From the human T2T-CHM13v2.0 reference genome, Homo sapiens: a stretch of DNA of 64,000 bases. The stretch is from assembly GCF_009914755.1 (NCBI RefSeq), contig NC_060930.1. One strand, given 5' to 3'. Made by a program: the position numbers and the translations under genes. A model generated the notes under the pieces. The model saw nothing but the letters and a program-made list of their open reading frames with translations. It did not search any database and had not been told where the DNA came from. This document shows, piece by piece, positions 37,701 to 54,129 of this stretch; positions within the stretch are counted from its first letter, which is position 1, and every line of letters starts with the position of its first letter.

Positions 37701-40700
37701 GATGAAAAGCAAATATCTCAGGATAAAAACTTCAAGGAAGCTATCTGAGAAACTGCTTTGTGATGTGTGCATTCATCTAGCAGAGTTAAACATTTCTTTT
37801 GATTGAGTAATTTGGAAACACTGCTTTTGTAGAATCTGTGAAGGGATATTTGGGAGCATCTTGAGACCTATGGTGAAAAAGAAAGCATCTTAAGATAAAA
37901 AGTAGAAAGAAGCTTTCTGATAAACTTCTCTGTGATGGGTGCATTCATCTCACAGAGTTAAAACCTTTTTAAGATTCAGCAGTTTGGAAAGACTGTTTTT
38001 GTAGAATCTATGAAGGGATATTTGGGAGCCCATTGGACCAATGATGAAAAAGTAAATATCTTCATATAAAAACTGAAAAGAAGCTTTCTGAGAAACTGCT
38101 TTGTGATGTGCACATTCATCTCACAGAGCTAAACCTTTCTTTTCATTCAGCAGTTTGGAAACACTCTTTTTGTACAATCTGCAAAGAAATATTTGGGAGT
38201 GAATTGGTGAAAAAGAAAATATCTTAAGATAAACAGTAGAAAGAAAATATCTTAAGATAAACAGCAGAAAGAAGCTTTCTGAGAAAGTGCTTTTTGATGG
38301 GTGCATTCACCTCACAGAGTTAAACATTTATATTGATATAAGAGTTTGGAAAAAATGTTTTTGTCCATTCTGCAAATGGACAGTCGTAGCTGATTGAGGC
38401 CAATGGCAAAAAAGCAAATATCCCAGGGAAAAAACTAGAAGGAATGTATCTGAGAAACCACTTTGTGATTTCTGCATTCATTTCACTGGGGTAAACCTTT
38501 CTTTTCATTCAGTAGTTTGGAAACACTGTTTTTGTAGAATCTGCAAACGGATATTTTGGTGCTCATTGAGGCCCATGGTGAAAAAGAAAATATCTTCAGA
38601 TGAAAACTAGAAAGAAGCTTTCTGAGAAATTGCTTTGTGATTTGTGTTTTTGTCACATAGAGTTAAAACTTTCTTTTGATTCAGCATTTTGGAAACACTG
38701 TTTTTGTTGATTCTGTGAGTGGACATTTGGGAGCTCACTGAGGCCAATGGCGAAAAATCAAATATCCCAGGATAAACACTAGAAGGAAGCTGTCTGAGAA
38801 ACCACTTTGTGATGTACGCATTCATCTCCCAGAGTTAATCTTTTCTTCTCATTCAGCAGTTTGGAAACCCTGTTTTTGTAGAATCTGTTAAGGTATATTT
38901 CTGAGTGCATTGAGGCCTCTGGTGAAAAAGAAAATATCTTCAGATAAAAACTAGAAAGAAACTCTCTGACAAAAGGCTTTGTAATGTGGGCACTTATTTC
39001 ACAGAGTTAAACCTTTCTTTTTATTCCACTGTTTGGAAACACTGTTTTTGTCCATTCTGTGAATGGACATTTGGGAACTCATTGAGGCCAATGGAGAAAA
39101 AGCGAATATCTAAAGATAAAAACTACAATGAAGCTATCTGAGAAATTGCTTGGTGATGAGTACATTCATCTCGCAGATTTAAACCTTTTTTTTTCATTCA
39201 GCGGTTTGGAAACACTGTTTTTGGAGAATCTGCAAAGGGATATTTGGGAGCGCATTGAGTCCTATGGTGAAAAAGAAAATATGTTAACATAAAAAGTGGA
39301 AAGAAGCTTTCTGGGAAACTCCTCTGTGATGGGTGCATTCACCTCACAGAGTTAAACCTTTCTGTTGATCCAGGAGTTTGGAGACACTGTTTTGTAGAAT
39401 ATGTGAAGGAATATTTTGGAGCACATTGAGGCTTATGGTGAAAATATCTTCAGATAAAAACTAGACAGAAGCTTTCTGAGAAACTGCTTTGTAATGTGTG
39501 CTTTCATCTCACAGAGGTAAAGCTTTCTTTTGATTCAACAGTTTGGAAACACTGTTTTTGTCCATTCTGAGAATGGACATTTGGGAGCTCATTAAGGCCA
39601 ATAGAGAAAAAGGGAATATCACAGGATAAAAAGTACAAGGAAGGTATGTGAGAAACTGCTGTGTGATGTGGGCATTCATCTCATAGAGTTTAACTTATGT
39701 TTTCTTTCAGAAGTTTGGAAACACTGTTTTTGTAGAATCTGCAAAGGGATATTTGGGAGCCCATTGAGGCCTCTGGTGGAAATGTAAATATCTTCACATA
39801 AATCTAAAAAGAAGCTTTCTGAGAAACTGCTTTGTGATGTGTGCATTCATCTCACAGAGTAAAAATTTCTTTTGTTTCAGCAGTTTGGAAACACTGCTTT
39901 TCTCCATTCTGCAAATGGACATTTTGGAGCTCATTGAGGTCAATGGAGAAAAAGTGAATATCTCAGGATAAAAACTGTAAGGAATCTATCTGAGAAACTG
40001 CTTTTGGATGTGTGCATTCATCTTGCACAGATAAACCTTTCTTTACATTCAGCAGTTTGGAAACACTGTTTCTGTAGAATCTGTGAAGAAATATTTGGGA
40101 ATGCATTGAGACCTATGGTGAAAAAGAAAATATTTTAAGATAAAAAGTAGAAAGAAGCTTTCTGAGAAAGTACTCTGTGATGGTTGCATTCACCTCACAG
40201 AATTCAACATTTCTTTTGTTCCAGCAGTTTGGAAATGCTGTTTTTGTAGAATCTGCAAAGGATATTCCATAGTGCATTGAGGCCTTTGGTGAAAAACAAT
40301 GTATCTTCAAATAAAAACTAGAGAGAAGCTTTCTGAGAAAGTTCTTTGTGATGTGCACATTCACCTCACAGAGTTAAACCTGTCTTTTGATTCAATAATA
40401 TGGAAACACTGTTTCTGTCCATTCTGCGAATGGACATTTCGGAGCTCATTGAGACCAATGGATAAAAAGTGAATATCCCAGGATAAAAACTTCATGGAAG
40501 CCATCTAAGAAACCACATTGTGAAGTGTGCATTCATCTCACAGAATTGAACCTTTCTTTACATTCAGCAGTTTGAAGACACTGTTTTTGCAGAATCTGCA
40601 TAGGGATATTTGGGAGCACACTGAGACCTATGTTTAAAAAGAAAATATCTTAAGATAATAGGTAGAAAGAAGCTTTCTGAGAAACTGCTTTGTGATGTAT

Positions 40701-43700
40701 GCATTCATCTCACAGTGTTAAAACTTTCTTTTGATTCAGCAGTTTGGAAACACTGTTTTTGTCCATTCTGCAAACGGACATTTCAGAACTCATTGAGGCC
40801 AATGGAGAAAAAGCAAATATCCCAGGATAAAAACTACAATGAAGGCATCTGAGAAACTGATTTGTAATGAGTGCATTCATCTCACAGAGTTAAACCTTTC
40901 TTTTCATTCAGCAGTTTTGGAACACTGTTTTTGTAGAATCTGCGAAGGGCTATGTGGGAGTGCATTGAGACCTATGGTGAAAAAGAAAATGTCTTAAGAT
41001 AAAAAGTAGAAAGAAGCTTTCTGAGAAAGTGCTCTGTAATGAGTGCATTCACCTCACAGAATTCAACCTTTCTTTTGATTCAGCAGTCTGGAAACACTGT
41101 TTTTTTTTTCATTCTGCAAATGGAGATTTGGTAGCTAATTGAGACCAAAGGCAAAAAAGCAAATATCCCAGGGTAAAAACTAGAAGGAACGTATCTGAGA
41201 AACTGCTTTGTGATGTGTGCATTCATCAGGCAGAGTTAAACCTTTCTTTTCATTCAGCAGTTTGGAAACACTGTTTTTGTAGAATCTGTGAAGGGATATT
41301 TTGGAGTGCATTGAGGACTATGGAGAAAAAGAAAATATCTTCATATAAAAACTAGAAAGAAGCATTCTGAGAAACTGCTTTGTGATGGGTGCATTCATCT
41401 CAGAGAGTTAAAACTTTCTTTTGATTCAGCTGTTAGGAAACACTGTTTTCATCCATTCTGCAAATGGAAATTTGGGGGTTCATTGAGGCCAATGGTGAAA
41501 AATCGAATATCCCAGGATAAACAATATAAGGAAGTTATCTGAGAAACAGCTTTATGATGTTTGCATTCATCATGCAGAGTTAATCCTTTATTCCCATTCA
41601 GTAGTTTGAAAACACTGGTTTTGTAGAATCTGTTAAGGGATATTTCAGAGTGCATTTAGGCCTATGGTGGAAAAGAAAATATCTTCAGATAAAAACTAGA
41701 AAGAAGCTTTCTGACAAACTGCTGGGTGATGTGTGAACTCATTTCACAGAGTTAAGACTTTCTTTTGATTCAACAGCTTGAAAACACTGTTTTTCTCCAC
41801 TCTGCAAATGGACATTTGGGAACTCATTTAAGCCAATGGGGAAAAAGTGAATATCCCAGGATAAAAACTTCAAGGAAGCTATCTCAGAAACCACTTTGTG
41901 ATGTGTGCATTCATTTCACAGAGTTAATCCTTTCTTTTGATTCAGCAGTTTGGAAACACTGCTTTTGTAGAATCTGCTAAGGGATATTTTGTAACCCATT
42001 GAGTCCTATGGTGAAAAAGTAAACATCTTCATATAAAAACTGAAAGAAGCATCCTGAGAAACTAATTTGTGATGTGTGCATTCATCTCACAGAGTTAATT
42101 CTTTCTTTTGATTCAATAGTTTTGAAACACTCTTTTTGTCCATTCTGCGAAGGGATATTTAGGAGCACATTGAGCCCTATGGTGAAAAAGATCTTCAGAT
42201 AAAAATTAGAATGAAGCTTTCTGAGGAACTCCTTGTAACGTGTCCATTCATCTCACAGAATTAATCCTTTCTTTTAATTCAACAGTTTTGAACCACTGTT
42301 TTTCTTCATGCTGTGAATGGATATTTGGGAGCTCAATGAGGCCAATGGAGAAAAAGGGAATATCTCAGGATAAAAACTCCAAGGAAGCTATCTGAGAAAC
42401 CGCTTTGTGATGTGTGCATTCACCTAGTAGAGGTAAACCTTTCTTTTCATTCAGCAGTTTGGAAAAACAGTTTTTATAGTATCTGTGAAGGGATATTTGG
42501 GAGTGCATTGAGATCTATGGTGAAAAAGAAAATACCTTAAGAAAAAAAGTAGAAGGAATCTTTCTGAGAAACTGCTGTGTGATGTTTGCATTCATGTCAG
42601 GGGTAAACATTTCTTTTCATTCAGTAGTTTGGATGCACTCTTTTTGTCCATTCTGCAAATGCACATTTTGTAGCTGATTTAGGCCAATGGCAAAAAAGCA
42701 CATATCCCTGTATAAACACTGCAAGGATGCTATCTGAGAAACCACTTTGTGTTGCATGCCTTCATCTCTCAGAGTTAATCCTTTTTTCTCATTCAGCAAT
42801 TTGGAAACACTGTTTTTGTAGAATCTGTTAAGGGATATTTCAGAGTAGATTGAGGCCTATGGTGAAAAAGAAAATGTCTTCAGACAAAAACTAGAAAGAA
42901 GCTTTCTGACAAACTGCTTGGTGATGTGTGAACTCATCTCACAGTGTCAAATCATACTTTTGATTCAACAGTTTGGAAACACTGTTTTTGTTCATGATGT
43001 GAATGGATATTTAGGAGCTCATTGAGGCCAATGGAGAAAAAGTGAATATCCCAGGATAAAAATTTAAGGAAGCTATCTGAGAAACCACTTTGTGATGTGT
43101 GCATTCATCCCACAGTTAAACCTTTCTACACATTCAGCAGTTTGGAAACACTGTGTATAGTCTTTGAAGGGATATTTGGGTGTGCATTGAGGCTATGGTG
43201 AAAAAGAAAATATCTTCAGATAAAAAGTCGAAGGAAGCTTTCTGAGAAAGTGCTTTTTGATTTGCACATTCATCTCACAGAATTAAACCTTTCTTTTGAT
43301 TCAGCAGTTTGAACCAGTGTTTTTGTCCATTCAGCGAATGGACAGTTTGTGGCTCATTGAGGCCAATGGTGAAAAACTGAATATCTCAGGATAAAAACAA
43401 AAAGAAGCTATCTGAGAAACTGCTTTGTGATGTGTGCATTCATCTTGCAGAGATAAAGCTTACTTCTCATTCAGCAGATTGCACACACTGTTTTCATAGA
43501 ATCTGTGAAGGGATATTTTGGAGTGCAAGGAGACCTATGGCGAAAAAAATCTTCAGATAAAATGTAGAAAGAAGCTTTCTGAGAAACTGCTTTGTGATGT
43601 GTGCACTCATTTCACAGAGTTAACCATTTCTTTTAATTCAGCAGCTTGGAAACACTGTTTTTGAACATTCTGCAAATGGACATTTGGGAGCTCATTGAGA

Positions 43701-45581
43701 CCAATGGCGAAAAAGTGAATATACCAGGATAAAAACTAGAAGGAAGCTAACTGAGAACACACTATGTGATTTGTGCATTCATCTCACAGAGTTAAGCCTT
43801 TCTTTTTACTGAGCAGTTTGTATACACTGTTTTTCTCCATTGAGTGAATGGACATTTGGGAGCTCATTGAGGTAAAGGTGAAAAAGAGAATATCCCAGGA
43901 TAAATACTAGAAGGAACCTCTCTCAGAAACTGCTTTGTGATGTGGGTATTCATCTCGAAGAGTTAAAACTTCCTCTTCATTAAGCAGTTTGGAAACACTG
44001 TTTTTGTGAAATATGAGAAGGGATATTTGGACCTGCATTAAAGCCTATGGTCAAAAAGTAAATATCTTCAGATTAAAACTAGAAAGAAGCTTTCTGAGAA
44101 ATTGTTTTGTGATGTGCATTCATCTTGCAGAGTTAAACTTTTCTTTTTCATTTAGCCATTTGGAAACACTGTTTTTGTCCATTTTGTAAAAGGATATTTG
44201 GGAGCTCATCAAGGCCAATGGTGAAAATGCGAATATCCCAGGATAAAAACTAGAATTAAGCTATCTGAGAAACTGCTTTGTGATATGAGCATTCATCTCA
44301 CAGAGATAAACCTTTCTTTTCATTCAGCAGTTTGGAAACACTGTTTTTGTAGAATCTGCAAAGGGATATATGGGAGCTCATTGAGGCCTATGGTGAAAAG
44401 GAAAATATCTTCACATTAAAACTAGAAGGAAGGTTTCTGGGAAACTGCTTTGTGATGTCTGCATTCATCTCACAGAGTTAAACATTTCTTTTGATTCAGC
44501 AGTTTGTAAACACTGTTTTTGTCTGTTCTGTGAATGGACATTTGGGAGCTCATTGAGTCCACTGGTGAAAAAGCAAATATCCAGGGATACAAACTAGAAG
44601 GAAGCTACCTGAGAAACTGCTTTGTGAGGTGTGAATTCACCTCTCTGAGTTAAACCTTTCCTTTTATTTGGTATTTTTGAAACACTGTTTTTGTAGAATC
44701 TGTGAATGAATATGTGGGAGTGCATTGAGGCCTACGGTGAAAAAGAAAACATCTTCAGATAAAAAGTAGAAAGAAGGTTTCTGAGAAACTGCTTTGTAAT
44801 GTGTGTATTCATCTCACAGAGTTAAAACTGTCTTTTAATTCAGCAGTTTGGAAACACTTTTTGACAATTCTGTGAATGGACATTTGGGAGATCCTTGAGG
44901 CCAATGGTGAAAAAGCGAATATACCAGGATAAAAACTAGAAGAATGTTACCTGTTAATATGCATTATGATTTTTGCATTCAACTCACAGAGTTAAAAGTT
45001 TTTGATTTAGCAGTTTGGAAACACTGTTGTCATCCATTCTCTGAATCTACATTTGGGAGCTCATCGATGCCAATGACAAAAAAAAAGAATATCCCAGGAT
45101 AAAACCTAGAAGGAATTTATCTGAGAAACAACTTTGTGAAGTGTGCATTCATGTTGCACAGTTAAAAGTTTCTTTTCATTCATCAGTTTGGAAACACTGC
45201 TTTTTAAGAATCTGTGAAGGGATATTTGGGAGCACATTGAGGTGAAAAGAAATTAACTTCAGATAAAAAATAGAAAGAAACTTTCTCAGAAATGGCTTTG
45301 TGATGTGTGCATTTATCACACAGAGTTAAACATTTCTTTTAATTCAAAACTGTTTTGAAGAATCTGTGGAGGGATATTTGGGAGCACATTGAGGCCTATG
45401 CTGAAAAAGATAATATCTTCAGATAAAAACTAAAAAGAGGCATCCTGAGAAACTCCTTTTTGATGTGTGCATTCACCGCACAGAGTAAAACCTTACTTTG
45501 CCAGCAGCAGTTTGGAAACACTTTTTGTAGAATCTGCAAAGGGATATTTGGGAGTGAATTTAGGCCTATGGTGAAAAAGAA
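34778..45581 (+). repeat. Diverged dimeric alpha satellite, + orientation, terminal block
   Basis: Forward monomers from AATATCCCACAATAAAAAC to GGCCTATGGTGAAAAAGAA. Confidence 0.97.
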
Positions 45582-45582
45582 T

Positions 45583-46134
45583 AAAGCCTCCAAGAAATAT
45601 GGGACTATGTGAAAAGACCAAATCTACGTCTGATTGGTGTACCTGAAAGAGACAGGGAGAATGGAACCAAGTTGGAAAACACTCTGCAGGATATTATTCA
45701 GGGGAACTTCCCCAATCTAGCAAGGCAGGCCAACATTCAAATTCAGGAAATACAGAGAACAACCACAGAGCAACTCCAAGACATACAATTGTCAGATTCA
45801 CCAAAGTTGAAATGAAGGAAAAAATGTTAAGGGCAGCCAGAGAGAAAGGTCAGGTTACCCATAAGGGGAAGCCCATCAGACTAACAGGTGATCTCTCTGC
45901 ACCTGTTGGGGGCCAATATTCAACATTCTTAAAGAAAAGAATTTTCAACCCAGAATTTCATATCCAGCCAAACCGAGCTTCATAAGTGAAGGAGAAATAA
46001 AATTCTTTACAGACAAGCAAATGCTGAGAGATTTTGTAACCACCAGACCTGCCCTACAAGAGCTCCTGAAGGAAGCACTGAACATGGAATGGAACAACCG
46101 GTACCAGCCACTGCAAAAACGTGCCAAATTGTAA
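45583..46134 (+). pseudogene. L1 ORF1 C-terminal remnant, disrupted
   Basis: KRPNLRLIGVPE..ENGTKLENTLQDIIQ.NFPNLARQANIQIQEIQRT; small deletions near 45770 and 45900; stop TAA at 46132-46134. Confidence 0.9.
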
Positions 46135-46197
46135 AGACCATCAATGCTAGGAAGAAATTGCATCAACTAATGAGCGAAATAACCAGCTAACATCATA

Positions 46198-50022
<3,825 letters not shown>

Positions 50023-50240
50023 ATAATGAGAACACATGGACACAGGAAGGGGAACATCACACACAAGGGCCTGTTGTGGCCTCGGGGGAGGGGTGAGGGA
50101 TAGCATTAGTAGATATACCTAATGTTATATGAAGAGTTAATGGGTGCAGCACACCAACATGGCACATGTATACATATGTAACAAACCTTCACATTGTGCA
50201 CATGTTCCCTAAAACTTAAACTATAATAATAAAAAAAAGA

Positions 50241-50623
50241 AAATACCTCCCATTGGGTTGCTTAAAGAAAGAGAATTTGTAATATCAAAGTTCTGGAGGC
50301 TCAAAGTCCAAGACTTATTGTCAGGCTTGGTTTCTCCTAAAGTCTGTCTTTGGCTTGCAGACAGCTGCCATAGGGTTGCATTCATTCCCACTTGGCATTT
50401 CCTCTGTATGCATATCCCTGATGTCTTTCTGTCTGTCCAGATTTCCTCTTCTTATAAGAACCCATAAGAGACCATTCTAATGGCTTCGTATGTGCCCATC
50501 CTAAGGGCCTCATAACCCAACCATATCTTTACAGGACCCAGCTTCAAACAGTCATATTCTTGTGTACTGTGGTTTAGGGCTTCAACATATGAATTTTGAG
50601 GAGTCACGATTCAGCCCATAACA
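50241..50623 (-). mobile_element. MLT1A/MLT1B-like MaLR LTR, lacking roughly 25-30 bp of its terminus
   Basis: GTTCTGGAGGCT..AAGTCCAAGA..TGGCTTGCAGA..CCTCTTCTTATAAG..CTTCAACATATGAATTTTG..TTCAGCCCATAACA matches the reverse complement of MLT1. Confidence 0.8.
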
Positions 50624-50809
50624 CTCACGATTTGTCACTGCAGACTGGGACAAACTGTAATTTATCCACAGGCAGCAGTCATGCCCAATCTAATGTCCTG
50701 GTACAATAATTTCTCTCTACTTCTTCTGTCTACTTTGTTACCTAGATTTCTTATGTTAATGTACTTGTTGAACTGAATGTCTGTAATTAGAAGATAACAC
50801 AGGATAGAA

Positions 50810-51017
50810 GGTAAAAGTCAGTCTGTATTTATAGCCTTAGCTTCACCTATTGCTAGGAATGAGATCCTTGAAGGTCTCTTGCTTCAATTCTCTTATCTTT
50901 AAGATGGGTATAATAACAGTATATATGTCAAAGAGTTGTCATTTCCATTAAATGAGTTAATGTACATAAAGCTCTTTGCACCAAACACGTTGTAGTATCT
51001 ATATAAGTGACTGTTAT
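50810..51017 (+). mobile_element. MIR SINE, diverged
   Basis: Core-like CTCTTATCTTTAAGATGGGTATAATAACAGTA..ATTAAATGAGTTAATGTACATAAAGC. Ends approximate. Confidence 0.65.
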
Positions 51018-51754
51018 ATATAAACTAATTTTATGCAACACATTTGTGTAATATGATTTTTAAAATGTATGAATGAATAAAACATAAGCAAATACCTAAC
51101 TGGTGACATATTTTTAGAATGCCACCTGAAATAGATTATAAATACATACTTGTATTCACAATTCTTTTAACCTGATAGTTTATCAAATCTTCATTCCATA
51201 GCTATATTTCCTTTGAATTTCCTTATTTTGTCACTTCATTTGGATAATGTACATTTTCTCAGTCATCACTAGAAGCCCCCTACCTGCACTGCTTTACCTC
51301 CCACCAGCTTCTCCAAGGCCACTACAGAACTTGTCACCTAACTCAGCAAATACTATTATATCTATGTTTCATATATGGAAATACAAGTTTGGGAATCGCA
51401 CTGCTATTACTCTCCCGTGGTCAGCAGGTTCCACTTCTCCTGCCTAATGCTCTGTGGATGCTTTACTGTCAATATCTAAGATGATTTATACACTTTGGGC
51501 TACTATTATGAGAAATAGAAATGATCTATTTCTCATTTCACTTTGTGCTACTCAGATCTGTGTCTATAGAAATGATCTTCAGGCTTTTGTAGGATTTTCT
51601 TATTTCAGCATTGCTGACTTTGGTCTTTTTCCTCTGTTCCAGGTGGTGTGCTTCCTCTATAAAGCAAGAAGCCTCAGACTTCATACTGTGATTTTCAGAA
51701 TAAGAATGCAATAGACTCAGTACAACTCACTACTATAGTCTTCATTTTATCCCC

Positions 51755-52139
51755 TTGCCCTACTTCTCTGCTGACAACTTTGCTTCCTATTTTATTGACA
51801 ACAAAAAATCAGATAATGCCTTCTTGTTTTTCCCCAGCTCCAAAACAAATAGCCTATCTGGACCTGTGCCCAGGTCTTCTGCTCCTTCTTCTATCACTAT
51901 AAGTTATCACCAATCCTGCCCTCCCACTGGTTCCAGACAGCCCTTCCTTCCACTGGTTCCCAGACAGTGCCACCTTCTTGAGGACTTGGATCCTATAATG
52001 ATCCCTCTTCTTATATCATCATCTTCTTCCTCTGTATTGGATCATGTTTACTAACAAACAAAACATAAAACCAAAAATATTTCCTTGACCCCAGGTCATT
52101 GTCCAGTTATTGCATTACTTGCCTGCTTTTCTTGATAGC
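51755..52139 (+). mobile_element. L2 LINE fragment, left part
   Basis: GACAACTTTGCTTCCTATTTTATTGA and a pyrimidine-rich L2-like tract, continuous with the L2 RT fragment to the right of the LTRs. Confidence 0.55.
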
Positions 52140-53149
52140 TGAAAGACAGCAGAATATCCAATATAAAATATGCCACTTTGGCTTAAGAATTATTTTGAGC
52201 TGAAGGAAATTCAGAAGCAGATACAAGAAAAGTCTCTGCCTCTTCTCTGCTGGGACTCACAAAACAATATCCCAAAACAAAGGCCTCAGAAGCAAAAGTT
52301 TTTCTCTGAACTTCTCCAACCCTCCTGTATCTCAGTCCCATTCTCTGCCAAGGCTAGCCATAGAAACTAGAATCCCTCTTCCTCAAGTAGGGTTATAGAA
52401 ACCAAGAACCCTTTTTTCCTAAAACCAGTCATAAAACCTAAAAATATTACTCTAACTTTCCCTTTGCCCTATCTTTGTAAAAGCTGGTCATAAAGAAATT
52501 ATCTGACCTGCACTGTTTCACTGTGTCCTTCCTTGACCACCCATATTTCTACATGGCTGTCCATACTTTGTTGACCTTCAGCATAAAAATGAGCAATTTC
52601 CTCTGTATCTTTGGGTCTTCATTCTGAAGGCTACTGTGTACACGTGTTAAACACATTTACATGTCTTTTCTTGTACTAATCTGCCTTGTGCAAGCAGATT
52701 TTTCAGAGAACCTTCCAAAGGGGAAGTTCCCCATTGGCCCCCACACTCTATTAACCTAAAAGCAGGACCTACATTTAAAAAGTGTCCCTCCATCCCCCTC
52801 TACCAGGAAAGACAGGCTGATCACTAGAGATTACTTCAGACCATTACAAACCTGGATATGGAACCAGAGGAATCTATATAACAAACTTCACTAACTACCT
52901 TTTATCTACCATAAATTTCCCATATCTGGCCTCCCCAACACCCTTCTTTCTTTCTTTGAGTTGAAGATGCTGTATCACAGCCAGAGTTCTAGGCTGCCTT
53001 GTTGAGATATGCTCTTTTCCCCTATCTCCCATGTATATATGAGATATACATGATAAATCTGTTTGTTTGTTTTTCCATTAGTAAACTATCTTTTTCCTAG
53101 CTAAGAACTATGAAGGATAGAGAGAAAATTATTTTTCTCCTCTCCTACA
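52140..53149 (+). mobile_element. MER34-like ERV1 LTR, split by a nested LTR
   Basis: Starts TGAAAG..AAAATATGCCACTTTGGC.TAAG.ATTATTTTGAGCTGAAGG and ends GAAAATTATTTTTCTCCTCTCCTACA. Confidence 0.65.
52248..52745 (+). mobile_element. MER39/MER39B-like LTR nested inside the MER34-like LTR
   Basis: TGCTGGGACTCACAAAACAATATCCCAAAA..GGCCTCAGAAGCAAAAGTTTTTCTCTG..GGCTAGCCATAGAAACTAGAATCCCTCTTCC..TTGGCCCCCACA. Family name from memory. Confidence 0.6.
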
Positions 53150-53400
53150 CAGTCAAATTCTCTAAAGATTTGTCTACCATCAATGTCTCCATTTTCTCAC
53201 ATTTCATTCTCTCTGGAATCCACTGTAATCAAGAATTCAGCCTCAACAGAACTTTGAAACTGTTCCTTTCAATGCCAATAGTGATCTTCTGGTCATAGCC
53301 AAAGGTCAGTTCTCACTTCCCTTATTCAACTTCTCAGTAGCATTGAACATGGTTGAACAATCCCTGTTCTTAGACCTTGCTTTACTTGGCCTGAACAGCA
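53150..53400 (+). mobile_element. L2 LINE RT-region fragment, right part
   Basis: CCACTGTAATCAAG..GAAACTGTTC..GGTCAGTTCTCA..CTCAGTAGCATTGA resembles the L2 RT segment (PLQSGF..TETAL..DLSAAFD). Confidence 0.65.
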
Positions 53401-53424
53401 TGGACATACCAAAAATACCACAAA

Positions 53425-53645
53425 TTTTAGAGTCAGGCAGATGTAAACATAAATTCTGGATTTTCTACATTGTATTTGCTTGATGTCTCTGAAATTATTG
53501 AACCTCACCTCAATTTTTTACATTTCTATAAGATAAAGATAACAGTACTCTTCCTGTAGGAGTATTAAAGACAGTATATATAAAACCTCAGCTTAATTTA
53601 TGGCACACCATAAGTACTCAATAAATGATAACAATAATCATTATT
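53425..53645 (+). mobile_element. MIR SINE, diverged
   Basis: TTTAGAGTCAGGCAGA..CCTCAATTTTTTACATTTCTATAA..TGGCACACCATAAGTACTCAATAAATG. Confidence 0.65.
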
Positions 53646-54129
53646 GCTTTTTTCTTTACTTCTTGCTTCCATACTTCTGTTTATATTTTTACATCTGTGT
53701 GGTAGGCAGTGTTTTATCCCCAAAATTTATTTCACCTGTGGAAATCCCACCCTAACCTTAAAATCCATCTCCAATTTATTTTTTCCATGAAGTCATCCTT
53801 GTTTGTTTCTGAAAGAAAATGACCCTTCCTAGGAATCATTAGTTGCTTATTTTATCTGTAATTCCTATAGCATCCGTGTTATATTACTTTAATTCATGAA
53901 TGTGTTTTATTGCCCTTACTAGTTCTAAGTTTCCAGTGGGCATAACCAGCTATGTAGAAGAAATCAGCTAAAATTTGCCTGGTAGGTTTTATAATTTGAT
54001 GTTTCAGGTTTGGAAAGTTGTTTAAACATTTGCTCAATATAGTAATACTACCTAATCAAGAACCCATGAAAAAAATATTGAAATTAAAAGAAAAATTTAT
54101 CCAACAGTCATTGAAAGCCAGTGCCTCCA

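Noticed and set aside
1-45581. Regularly spaced conserved motifs suggestive of a CRISPR array
   Set aside because: The intervening sequences are homologous to each other rather than unique spacers, there are no cas genes, and the context is primate satellite.
228-45593. Dozens of similar Cys/His/Lys-rich ORFs (e.g. LLCDVCIHLTELNLSF.SAVWKHCFC; 225 aa at 29708-30385) resembling a zinc-finger repeat family
   Set aside because: They are chance translations of the ~171-bp satellite unit (57 codons). They are broken at random by stops and frameshifts and have no gene structure.
53740-53990. Possible L2 3'-end fragment
   Set aside because: Similarity is too weak to call by eye.
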